Sequence record: MK773491.1
DNA: 64,000 nt
Direction: 5' to 3' (one strand)
Shown piece after piece: positions 37,343 through 45,399 of the stretch. Made by a program: the position numbers and the translations under genes. How positions within the stretch are numbered: position 1 is the stretch's first letter; every line of letters begins with the position of its first letter. The notes below the pieces were generated by a model. The model was not told where the DNA came from and did no database searches. It saw only the letters and a list, made by a program, of their open reading frames with translations.

Positions 37343-37981
37343 ATGCTAGGTTATACCGTTAAGAAAGTACTACCACTTGAAGTTCTGGAATCATTAGAAA
37401 CTCATGGTTCTATGAAATCTGCAACTGTTGATGGGATTACATTTAATTATTTCCCAGAAAAGATTGCAACATTTCTTAAGAATAATAAATGTATTTGCTG
37501 TGGAATACAAGCACATGAAGTACGTTTAGAAGAAGGTAAAGGTACTCATGCCATCTATGGTAATGTTCACCTTAACGTGTATGCTAAACATATCACGACT
37601 TGGGGAGAGTATTGGGATCTAATGACAATAGATCATGCCATTCTCAAATCAAGAAACGGCCCTGATATTCAAGAAAACTTTAATACTATGTGTCGGAAGT
37701 GTAATAAACTTCGCGGTTCGCGTTATCCCAATCTTCAAGACTTTCTATCTCGCTATGCAGAGCACGGAGAGTCTTTGATTACAAGTCGTGCTACATCTCT
37801 TCATCATTACCGTTTACGTAAACGTGAACAGGGTACAGAAGAATATAAAGCTATCGTGAAGCATCGTAATGAGATGCGTGAAGCAAAGGTCGCTGAGTAT
37901 CTTAACGGTCTTTGTGCATCTCATGTAGGAGCTTACAATCGCCACAACAAAGCCTTGAAAAAAGCATTGACAGTAGGTTGA
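37343..37981 (+). CDS. HNH endonuclease-like protein
   Basis: CxxC then MTIDH....S.NG....N..TMCRKCN..RG. Confidence 0.7.
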   Translation: MLGYTVKKVLPLEVLESLETHGSMKSATVDGITFNYFPEKIATFLKNNKCICCGIQAHEVRLEEGKGTHAIYGNVHLNVYAKHITTWGEYWDLMTIDHAILKSRNGPDIQENFNTMCRKCNKLRGSRYPNLQDFLSRYAEHGESLITSRATSLHHYRLRKREQGTEEYKAIVKHRNEMREAKVAEYLNGLCASHVGAYNRHNKALKKALTVG

Positions 37982-37995
37982 AAATACGATATTAT
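37967..37995 (+). promoter_or_regulatory. sigma70-type promoter
   Basis: TTGACA-17 nt-TATTAT. Confidence 0.55.
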
Positions 37996-37997
37996 AA

Positions 37998-38026
37998 AGG
38001 GAAATCCACATGGGTTTCCTTTTTTT
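37998..38026 (+). terminator. intrinsic terminator
   Basis: GGAAATCC-ACAT-GGGTTTCC + T-run. Confidence 0.7.
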
Positions 38027-38037
38027 ATGGAGAAAAT

Positions 38038-38391
38038 ATGAAGACAAAACGTTTCCCACAAGATATAATGAAACAGATGGCATACGGTTGCAGTACTGTA
38101 ACAATGTTTGGTGAATATAACGACAAGATGGGTTGCTTTGATGATGATGTAGAATTAGAAGTATTACATAATGAGGAATGCAATACTACTCGTTGGAATA
38201 GCGTTCATGACCTTGTGTTTGTTGACAAACAGACAGGAGAAGCGTATCATACACAGTATGAAAAAGGTCTTACCGAATCACAGATGCTAGAACCATTTGA
38301 CTACGATAAAGATGGTGTTGATTGCGATATTGTTGATGTTTGGGAAGAAGAAGTTACATACAAAGTTATTAGGTGGAAAGATTCTAAATGA
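38038..38391 (+). CDS. hypothetical protein
   Basis: track 37912..38391; ATG after GGAG. Confidence 0.7.
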   Translation: MKTKRFPQDIMKQMAYGCSTVTMFGEYNDKMGCFDDDVELEVLHNEECNTTRWNSVHDLVFVDKQTGEAYHTQYEKGLTESQMLEPFDYDKDGVDCDIVDVWEEEVTYKVIRWKDSK

Positions 38392-38777
38392 TTAAAGATA
38401 TTGATTTTTCAGGACTTGAAATCGTTAGTGCAGTCAAGAACATTACTGACATGTATGATGAAAAAGGGGTGATTTGTACTATTACTTTTTTAAAAGAGGA
38501 AGATAGTATTTCGCATCTAACGGGAATTGAAGAATTAGTAGCTAAATTAGATTTAGAAGAAAATAAGAAGTATATTAAACTTTCTTATTCTTATACTATG
38601 GTTGAAAAAGAGATCGATACCGACCGCCCGGTGAAGGTGATTTTTACAGGAATAAATAAACCGTACAAAAAAATCTCCCGGTGCACTGAGGACAGTACTG
38701 AACTGATGCAGGACATTAAATTCATTGATGAGGTCTTTGAACGTTCACCTAATGAACTCAAACGCACATATCTATAA
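38388..38777 (+). CDS. hypothetical protein
   Basis: 129 aa ORF, ATGA coupling. Confidence 0.65.
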   Translation: MIKDIDFSGLEIVSAVKNITDMYDEKGVICTITFLKEEDSISHLTGIEELVAKLDLEENKKYIKLSYSYTMVEKEIDTDRPVKVIFTGINKPYKKISRCTEDSTELMQDIKFIDEVFERSPNELKRTYL

Positions 38778-38781
38778 TCTT

Positions 38782-38810
38782 GGGACAAACAGGTTTTTTT
38801 GTGATATAAT
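38782..38810 (+). promoter_or_regulatory. GGGACAAA-class promoter (copy 4) driving the candidate ncRNA
   Basis: GGGACA-17 nt-TATAAT with TGTG. Confidence 0.75.
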
Positions 38811-38816
38811 ATATGA

Positions 38817-39304
38817 TGAGGGATTACCCTCAGTCATACCAATCCTGAATGGCATGTGAAAGCATGAAAAATAAAAACCTGATCCTATCGAAAAGTAGAT
38901 GGCAGATGAGTAGTTCATTCAGTACGATGTGCAAAAGAAACCCGTCAGAAATAAAGCGTAAGTGTAGTCGATTCCAACGAGACGTAAATCACACGCATCA
39001 CGGCAATGCGGCACAATAAAGGCGTTAAGAAAACATAATCGCCCTAGATAGACATATGAGGCATACTCACCTAGTTGAAAGGGAGTCTCTTTACGGAGAG
39101 ACAGCAGTATTTGTTGCTGAATTAGCAAGTACTGTAAGCGTGTGAGGAACACGACCGTTGTATGCAGACTGTAGTAGCTGGAAACAGGACAACCCGCCAG
39201 CGATTACTTTTATTTCAAATGGATTGATCCGTCTGAAATTTGAGTGGAATCTACAAATTCAGATTGGTATGACTACCAGTGTCAGGTTTATCCTGATTTT
39301 TTTT
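38817..39304 (+). ncRNA. candidate large, highly structured non-coding RNA (about 490 nt), family unassigned
   Basis: promoter-to-terminator unit with no credible ORF; 13-bp end-closing helix 38832-38844/39262-39274; 10 or more internal helices; GNRA/UNCG loops; A-rich linkers. Confidence 0.75.
39282..39304 (+). terminator. intrinsic terminator ending the candidate ncRNA
   Basis: TCAGG-TTTAT-CCTGA followed by 8 T. Confidence 0.65.
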
Positions 39305-39378
39305 CGGCCCTCCCTTGTGGGGGGATGGAATTGGATCACAAACCGTGTCAATAATAAAAAGTACAAACAATATAATTT

Positions 39379-39428
39379 GAATTATTATTTCTATAAGCGA
39401 AGTATGAGCGTAAGAGAAATAATAATTC
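39379..39428. repeat. perfect 14-bp inverted repeat
   Basis: GAATTATTATTTCT (39379-39392) / AGAAATAATAATTC (39415-39428), 22-nt spacer. Confidence 0.8.
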
Positions 39429-39470
39429 TTAGACAATCGAAGATTGGCTAATCAAAAACAAGGATATGAC

Positions 39471-40058
39471 ATGAATTCACATGAATTAGCTAAAAAGCTA
39501 TTAGAGTTGCCAGAACACGAAGTGTTTATTGAAGTACAAACACCATCATCTAATGGTGTTGGTTTTGAATACAAAACAATAAAAATTTCTGAAAAGAATC
39601 AAATCACTCCTTCTGGTATTTTCCTTAAGCCTGATGTTTTCTTTAACCATACTAATGTAAAATCTCCTAACAGTGAACCAGTTATTGGTTCATATGCATT
39701 ATACTTCAAAGATAAAACGGTAGTGATTAATCGTTATGATGAAAGTCGAATTAGTACTGCAACAGTTAAATTGTTGAGTACTGGAGAAAGTCGTGTTCAC
39801 GAATATGGTACTTATAATATGACTATTCATGACAATTTCCAACATTTCAATCGTGGATTTGAAACTGATATTGTATTAGTAACTAATAAAGAAACATTTG
39901 GGGAAAAAGAACAAAAGCTATATCCAAATGCAGAGATTAGACATTTAGAAGATGTTGACTATGTTCGTGTATTAGTATCGTATGATAAAGATACATGGAC
40001 ACCAACTTATAAGAGAATGACTTATGCAGAAGCAATCGAATTCGGTAAAAGTCTATGA
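39471..40058 (+). CDS. hypothetical protein (paralog of 41724..42260)
   Basis: ELAKKLLELP, TPSGIF, SP..EPVIGS, YAEAIEF. Confidence 0.7.
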   Translation: MNSHELAKKLLELPEHEVFIEVQTPSSNGVGFEYKTIKISEKNQITPSGIFLKPDVFFNHTNVKSPNSEPVIGSYALYFKDKTVVINRYDESRISTATVKLLSTGESRVHEYGTYNMTIHDNFQHFNRGFETDIVLVTNKETFGEKEQKLYPNAEIRHLEDVDYVRVLVSYDKDTWTPTYKRMTYAEAIEFGKSL

Positions 40059-40449
40059 TTTAACTATTGAAACTGATGAATTCAATGCTTTAATGAATAT
40101 ATACATATTGTTATCTGGAGATCCAGCAGACCATATTTTTACATCATGCGACGATAATGTTTCCTTAATGGAGACTTTGCGATTTTGTATTCATCAGGCC
40201 GAATGTGGTGAAAATGTTTATATAGTAGGTTTCCCAAGAAGTATTCCTATTGAAAAAAGACCAAATACTCTTTTTTTCCTTAAAAGTTGGTATGAATTAA
40301 TGGATGTGTCTGATGAAGAACATATGTTGGTTATAGCAATTAGAGATATCTATGGTAATACTGGTGAGTACTATAAAATGGATGAAACCTTTAAACATTT
40401 AACACGAAATATACGAAGTCTAGTAAGCATATCTTTATATGCGGTATAA
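40024..40449 (+). CDS. hypothetical protein
   Basis: 141 aa ORF; start uncertain. Confidence 0.55.
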   Translation: MQKQSNSVKVYDLTIETDEFNALMNIYILLSGDPADHIFTSCDDNVSLMETLRFCIHQAECGENVYIVGFPRSIPIEKRPNTLFFLKSWYELMDVSDEEHMLVIAIRDIYGNTGEYYKMDETFKHLTRNIRSLVSISLYAV

Positions 40450-40452
40450 ATA
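40445..40452 (+). promoter_or_regulatory. T4-type late promoter
   Basis: TATAAATA inside the palindrome CGGTATAAATACCG. Confidence 0.6.
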
Positions 40453-40485
40453 CCGGTATGATTTAACTCTATAAGGAAAAATTTT

Positions 40486-40926
40486 ATGGATGAATATGAA
40501 GATATGCGTAGTATGATGGACTACGTTGATAGTACTGAACAATCTGACGATATTGATGCTGAATTACTAACTTTTGTTGATAACAGTATCTTTATGGAAT
40601 CCCAAGCCCATCATTGGCATCTGCAATGTAATTATTACTCTAAACATATGGAATTGGACGAATTCTACGAAGATTTACCAGAATTAGTTGATACATTTGT
40701 CGAAGGACTAATGAATACACGTGGCCCACTACCTATTGGTATGGATGCACAATACACTTTTGTTCCATTGGAAGATGCTATCAGTACTTTGGAAGTGTAT
40801 GTCGAACAAGCAAGACAGATTCATAGACTACTTGATGAACGAGAGGATTTCGGTTCTGTTAATAGTCTAGAAGATATTATTTCATTTGTAGAAGCTACAC
40901 TCTACAAATTAAAACATTTACAATAA
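40486..40926 (+). CDS. Dps/ferritin-like four-helix protein
   Basis: AHHWHL....KH.ELDEFYE.L.ELVD.FVE metal-ligand pattern; LYKLKHL C-terminus. Confidence 0.7.
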   Translation: MDEYEDMRSMMDYVDSTEQSDDIDAELLTFVDNSIFMESQAHHWHLQCNYYSKHMELDEFYEDLPELVDTFVEGLMNTRGPLPIGMDAQYTFVPLEDAISTLEVYVEQARQIHRLLDEREDFGSVNSLEDIISFVEATLYKLKHLQ

Positions 40927-40930
40927 AACA

Positions 40931-40957
40931 GGGACGCTTTTTGCGTCCTTTTCTTTT
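40931..40957 (+). terminator. intrinsic terminator
   Basis: GGACGC-TTTTT-GCGTCC + TTTTCTTTT. Confidence 0.75.
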
Positions 40958-40968
40958 GGACAAAAAAA

Positions 40969-41193
40969 ATGAAAGAATATGCATTTTATTCCGCAATGGA
41001 ACAGTCACCTCGAAAATTCAAACAAGCGGCCCATTCCTTGGCCTTTTTATGTAGATTTACACCAGTAAGTCATACTAAAATGAAAAACTGGAGTTTACGT
41101 CAATGCGTTAAACAAGCAAAGAAATATGGATGGGATGAATCTAAAAACTGGCGAGACCATCTTACTTTCAAAGGAGACGAATATGAGTATTGA
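40969..41193 (+). CDS. hypothetical protein
   Basis: 74 aa ORF. Confidence 0.55.
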   Translation: MKEYAFYSAMEQSPRKFKQAAHSLAFLCRFTPVSHTKMKNWSLRQCVKQAKKYGWDESKNWRDHLTFKGDEYEY

Positions 41194-41383
41194 CGATCTA
41201 TATGCACTAATTGAAGAAGTGGAACTAGAACAAAAATATTTGTTTGTAGTTTATGATATAGCACAGGATGATATCGGTATTGATGTACTAGACTATGAAT
41301 CCGAAGATTGTATAGATGGTGGATACTTTAATAGTATCGAAGAAGTAATTGAATTTGTAAAAGAACATAAGGGGAGTCTATAA
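41183..41383 (+). CDS. small acidic hypothetical protein
   Basis: ATG after AAGGAG. Confidence 0.6.
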   Translation: MSIDDLYALIEEVELEQKYLFVVYDIAQDDIGIDVLDYESEDCIDGGYFNSIEEVIEFVKEHKGSL

Positions 41384-41724
41384 TGAGTTCTGATCGCGTA
41401 ACTTATGGCCTAATGGCTGAACTACAATTTGAAGTACCTAAAGATAAACGAGATGAAGTATATGATGAACTTGAAGAACAAAACCTATTCATTAACTATG
41501 AAGGTACTTTGATTTATCATAAACAATTTGATGGGGAACCTTGGGAAACCGGATTCCTTTATGGAACCAAATCGTTTGGGGATATGCAAAAATTCATTGA
41601 CTTGTGCGATGAACATGGTATGATTGTTAAAGAAGAAACAGTTGAACCATTCCATGCAATTTGGTATGACGGGTGTGATGCACCAATGAATATCATTACG
41701 GTTAAAGAATTCCGGGAGGATTAA
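41383..41724 (+). CDS. hypothetical protein
   Basis: 113 aa ORF, TAATG coupling. Confidence 0.7.
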   Translation: MSSDRVTYGLMAELQFEVPKDKRDEVYDELEEQNLFINYEGTLIYHKQFDGEPWETGFLYGTKSFGDMQKFIDLCDEHGMIVKEETVEPFHAIWYDGCDAPMNIITVKEFRED

Positions 41725-42260
41725 TGACTGCCAAAGAATTAGCTGAATTACTATTACAAACCCCTGATTTGGAAGTATACACTGAAGAATGTCATGTACC
41801 AGATTTTTCTGATGCATACTATTCAGTTGAAAAAGTTATTGGGGTAACTAAAACTCCTGATGGTATTTTTATCAACAACGAGTACATTAGTGGTAAAGAA
41901 CCACGTTCTCCATCACAGAAACCACAAATTGGTTCAGTACGAATTATGCTAAAAGATGGTCAATGGTTTCGTCAAGGTAATGATGGTCTAAGTGTCCATA
42001 ATTTACATGATTTCATTGAATATGGTTTCTTCATCACTTACGGTGGATGGAATTCAGAAAATTGGTTAATGTATGATGAAAGTAGAGTAGATGATTACAT
42101 TAGTAGTAAAATTGAAGACACTGAAACCGAACCATATAGCAGTATTGAAGTACAATACATTGAAATTTTGACAGAAGTACATTCTGATACGTGGCATGAA
42201 ACATGGCAGAAATTTTCTTTTGAAGAAGCACTTGAATTTGTAAAAGCGAGGATTATCTAA
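41724..42260 (+). CDS. hypothetical protein (paralog of 39471..40058)
   Basis: ELAELLLQTP, TPDGIF, SP.QKPQIGS, FEEALEF. Confidence 0.7.
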   Translation: MTAKELAELLLQTPDLEVYTEECHVPDFSDAYYSVEKVIGVTKTPDGIFINNEYISGKEPRSPSQKPQIGSVRIMLKDGQWFRQGNDGLSVHNLHDFIEYGFFITYGGWNSENWLMYDESRVDDYISSKIEDTETEPYSSIEVQYIEILTEVHSDTWHETWQKFSFEEALEFVKARII

Positions 42261-42538
42261 TGGCAAAAGTATTAGTACTAGCATGTATGTCAGCATTCGA
42301 TGATGAAACACATTTCCATATTGATAATATGGGTGTAGTTGAAAGTATTGATGAAATGAATACATTTGTTAGAGATAATCGTGATCAAACCTTGGGTATT
42401 TATTTCAAGTACTTCTTTACTATAAACGAAAATTTGAATTTCGATTCTAGTATTGAAGACCTAATGCAAGAACTAAAACATGCTGAAGAAATAAATTATG
42501 CCCTAGCACTTTTAATACTATGCAATAAGGTTCTATAA
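42260..42538 (+). CDS. hypothetical protein
   Basis: 92 aa ORF, TAATG coupling. Confidence 0.65.
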   Translation: MAKVLVLACMSAFDDETHFHIDNMGVVESIDEMNTFVRDNRDQTLGIYFKYFFTINENLNFDSSIEDLMQELKHAEEINYALALLILCNKVL

Positions 42539-43038
42539 TGTATACAGTACTATTCACGAGAGAAGCGGGTGGGGAAACTGAAGAATATTATGGAACTTCG
42601 CCTAGTGTGTTTGAGGTGCATTACTTTAATACTGAATATGAAGTTAAAAACTATATTGTAACAGAAACGGCTTATCAGGAAAAGATAGCACATAACGATA
42701 CTGTTTATAATAAACGCAGGTTCTATTATGGTACTTATAGTTATGCTGTTCTACTCGATGGAGTACTAATCTCTAACGATTATAACTTTGATTGTTGTTT
42801 CAGTGAAGTAACACTTCCAGACGGCGATTATTATTTCAATGTTTATGATTTATGCGTTCAGGGTGTAAAACAATTTGATGAATATAAAAATTATCTTTTC
42901 AAATACATCAATGAAGAAGAAACTGCATATAAACGTGCATTGAAAAAAGAAACAGAAGAACGACTCTTGAAAGAAAAAGAGCGTGAAGAAAAAGAGAAGT
43001 TAAAAGAACTTCTCAAGAAATATCCCGATATAAGGTAA
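42538..43038 (+). CDS. hypothetical protein
   Basis: 166 aa ORF, TAATG coupling. Confidence 0.7.
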   Translation: MYTVLFTREAGGETEEYYGTSPSVFEVHYFNTEYEVKNYIVTETAYQEKIAHNDTVYNKRRFYYGTYSYAVLLDGVLISNDYNFDCCFSEVTLPDGDYYFNVYDLCVQGVKQFDEYKNYLFKYINEEETAYKRALKKETEERLLKEKEREEKEKLKELLKKYPDIR

Positions 43039-43046
43039 ATAAAAGT

Positions 43047-43415
43047 ATGGCTAGGGGATATTGGAGTAAGCGGGGTTATTCCCTAAATGGTTTAAACCCG
43101 AACGCTTATACATCAAAAACTGATAAAGATGGTAATCTTATCAACCTACCGAGTGCGTCTCTTATGAAGTTCTGGAAGATAAGAGATATGCCTTTTGGTT
43201 CTGAACGGAGACGAGCAGTAATCGAGTTGTTAAAAACTGGTTATTTGATTCCCGTAAATGGTATTGGTCAAATTCAATTGAAATGTGATCCTGATTTACG
43301 GAAATTGCTTAAAGATGAAAAGATACAAATGTACAATGAACGGAATCGTACATTTAAAAGAACTATAATAAGGTATAATGATGGAAGCGAAAGACGTAAG
43401 CGGAAAAGAAGTTAA
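43047..43415 (+). CDS. basic hypothetical protein
   Basis: 122 aa ORF. Confidence 0.65.
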   Translation: MARGYWSKRGYSLNGLNPNAYTSKTDKDGNLINLPSASLMKFWKIRDMPFGSERRRAVIELLKTGYLIPVNGIGQIQLKCDPDLRKLLKDEKIQMYNERNRTFKRTIIRYNDGSERRKRKRS

Positions 43416-43581
43416 AATTGATGATATCGTGGCATTTGGTCATGACAATGGTAGTACTCTTCTAATTGGTAAAATTTTCAAAGTAACCCCTAAAAAAGTT
43501 TGGATGTATCCAATTATAGAAGGTAAAGTTGTCGAAACTACCTACTGCCGCGATCATAATCGTGTCAGTAAGGTGGGATAA
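43378..43581 (+). CDS. small hypothetical protein, possibly SH3-like fold
   Basis: DVSGKEVKIDDIVAF..IGKIFKVTPKKV pattern common in phage proteins. Confidence 0.6.
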   Translation: MMEAKDVSGKEVKIDDIVAFGHDNGSTLLIGKIFKVTPKKVWMYPIIEGKVVETTYCRDHNRVSKVG

Positions 43582-43763
43582 TGACAAAAGAAGAAATAGA
43601 AGATTATATCAAGGAATTGATTCTTAGTAATATGACAGTACAAGTTGATATTAGTCCTGAGCCATATAGTAACAATGAATCCTATAATGTGCGTGTTGTT
43701 ATTGAATATGATGGCGAAGAGATTAGTAGTTATGGAGATTCAATAAGGGTGTCCAATGGCTAA
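43581..43763 (+). CDS. small hypothetical protein
   Basis: 60 aa ORF, TAATG coupling. Confidence 0.6.
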   Translation: MTKEEIEDYIKELILSNMTVQVDISPEPYSNNESYNVRVVIEYDGEEISSYGDSIRVSNG

Positions 43764-44325
43764 ATTGCATTTTAACTACGCTGCTATGAATAGTGGCAAA
43801 AGTACTGATCTATTGAGAAAGGCTTTTAGCTACAAAGAACGTGGTCATGAGGTGTTATATCTAACATCATCACTTGACACTAGATATCATGAAGGAAAGA
43901 TTACTTCAAGAATTGGTATAGAATCAGATGCATTTGTGATTAAACCAAATTCATTATTTGAACTTGATATATTTTACGATGAAATATCAAGATCTGATTA
44001 TAAGGCTGTTTTTGTAGATGAATGTCAGTTCTTGACTAAGGAACAGGTTGACAAGCTAGCAGAAATAGTGGATAATCTAAATGTGGATGTATTTTGCTAT
44101 GGACTCAGGACTGATTTCACAGGCAATCTATTTGAAGGTTCAAAGCATCTTATTGAGGTTGCTGATGAACTTGAAGATCTAAGTAGCATTTGTGATTGTG
44201 GAAACAAAGCTATAATGACTGCTCGTTTAGTATCCAGTACTGAACAAGTACTCATTGGTGGTAATGAAGCATACAAAAGCATGTGCAGAAAATGTCATAA
44301 ACAACACATGAGGTCTAAAACATGA
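43756..44325 (+). CDS. tdk: thymidine kinase
   Basis: YAAMNSGKSTDLL, VFVDECQFL, YGLRTDF..LFEGS, CDCG..A, GGNEAY..CRKCH. Confidence 0.95.
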   Translation: MAKLHFNYAAMNSGKSTDLLRKAFSYKERGHEVLYLTSSLDTRYHEGKITSRIGIESDAFVIKPNSLFELDIFYDEISRSDYKAVFVDECQFLTKEQVDKLAEIVDNLNVDVFCYGLRTDFTGNLFEGSKHLIEVADELEDLSSICDCGNKAIMTARLVSSTEQVLIGGNEAYKSMCRKCHKQHMRSKT

Positions 44326-44543
44326 CAGACGTAATTAAAGAAGTTGCTATTAAAGTTGCTACTACAGTTTGGGAGGGAGTACAAGATGTATTTTCTTCTG
44401 CTGCTGGTGCGTTAGTAGCTGTTGTAGTAGCAATTCTCCTAAGTATTGTTCCTACATTTCTTTTGATCGGTGTAGCTATTGTGCTATTTGTTGGAATTGT
44501 TTATTCACAAGTCCAAGAAAAACTTGACAAAGAATCAGAATAA
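44322..44543 (+). CDS. small membrane protein
   Basis: long hydrophobic segment. Confidence 0.65.
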   Translation: MTDVIKEVAIKVATTVWEGVQDVFSSAAGALVAVVVAILLSIVPTFLLIGVAIVLFVGIVYSQVQEKLDKESE

Positions 44544-44553
44544 TGTAATAATA

Positions 44554-44582
44554 AGCTCCTATATACATAGGGGCTTTTTTTA
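44554..44582 (+). terminator. intrinsic terminator
   Basis: AGCTCCTAT-ATAC-ATAGGGGCT + T-run. Confidence 0.75.
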
Positions 44583-44594
44583 TGGGAGATTTTT

Positions 44595-45050
44595 ATGTTA
44601 ATTTTCTTGAATTTGGTAACAGCGGTAATCGTACTCACATACGCTGCATATTACGGTTGGTTGGGTGAATCCCTTCAATCACGTTTTGTGCTAGATGTTA
44701 ATGAACAATATGACCGTGAATTGTTGATGGTCATGGCACAAGTCCAAGCTGGTAATGGTACGGCTTCTATGAATGATGAAGGTATGATTGTTCTAAAAAC
44801 TGGAAAGTATCGCTATAAGGTATATGCAACCGACTATAGTGATGAAAAATTTGGTATTTGCTATGTTCGTTACACATATCCTTATGAAGACAAAATATCA
44901 TATAGAACAGATAAAATTGATGGTGATCTATCTTTAAGTACTCGCAAGTACTTACTAGCATTTAAAGAAGAATATTTAGGAATTAAAGACCCATCTTCTG
45001 TAAGAAAATCTATTTTTCAATTTAAAAAAGAGAAGGTAACAATTAAATGA
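44595..45050 (+). CDS. membrane-anchored hypothetical protein
   Basis: N-terminal TM helix. Confidence 0.65.
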   Translation: MLIFLNLVTAVIVLTYAAYYGWLGESLQSRFVLDVNEQYDRELLMVMAQVQAGNGTASMNDEGMIVLKTGKYRYKVYATDYSDEKFGICYVRYTYPYEDKISYRTDKIDGDLSLSTRKYLLAFKEEYLGIKDPSSVRKSIFQFKKEKVTIK

Positions 45051-45391
45051 GTTTTGAACAAAAAAATTCTGTCCAAACATTTTATGCTAACATTCATATT
45101 GCAGGTGATTACAATACTTGCATTCGTAAGTGCCGCGAGATTGCATATTCTTTCGGATTTTGTTTCCAAGTACATGCAGTAGACTATGTTTATACTGGTG
45201 GTTCTGAAGCAGGAGTAATGGTTCGTGTTATTAACTATCCGCGTTTTCCACGAAATGAAGACGAAATAAAAAATCTTTGCATTCAGTTTGGTTCTCAACT
45301 TGCAACCGAAATGTGTCAAAAGAGCTTTACTGTTGAGACTAGTTCTGATACAATGTATTTTGAAAGTACACATCCATTGCACAGCAAATAG
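45047..45391 (+). CDS. conserved phage hypothetical protein
   Basis: 114 aa ORF; YVYTGGSEAG..V..INYPRFP. Confidence 0.7.
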   Translation: MSFEQKNSVQTFYANIHIAGDYNTCIRKCREIAYSFGFCFQVHAVDYVYTGGSEAGVMVRVINYPRFPRNEDEIKNLCIQFGSQLATEMCQKSFTVETSSDTMYFESTHPLHSK

Positions 45392-45399
45392 GAGTTCAT

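Noticed and set aside
38817-39304. Interpreting the structured region as tmRNA, RNase P RNA or a self-splicing intron
   Set aside because: There is no GGGG 5' end, T-loop or G3-U70 pair, and the only tag-like frame (GCA AAA GAA ACC CGT CAG AAA TAA) lacks a hydrophobic AA end. The RNase P GAGGAAAGUCC and P4 signatures are absent. No interrupted gene flanks it, and no group I P7 or group II domain V is recognisable.
37343-39304. HNH gene plus nearby RNA as an OMEGA/HEARO-type RNA-guided system
   Set aside because: The HNH protein is only 212 aa with no PLMP or RuvC motifs. It is separated from the RNA by a terminator, two genes and a separate promoter.
38919-39451. Track ORFs 39158..39451 (+), 38919..39152 (-) and 39251..39436 (-)
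   Set aside because: No SD, atypical composition, and 39158..39451 runs through a terminator; better explained as chance frames over a structured RNA.
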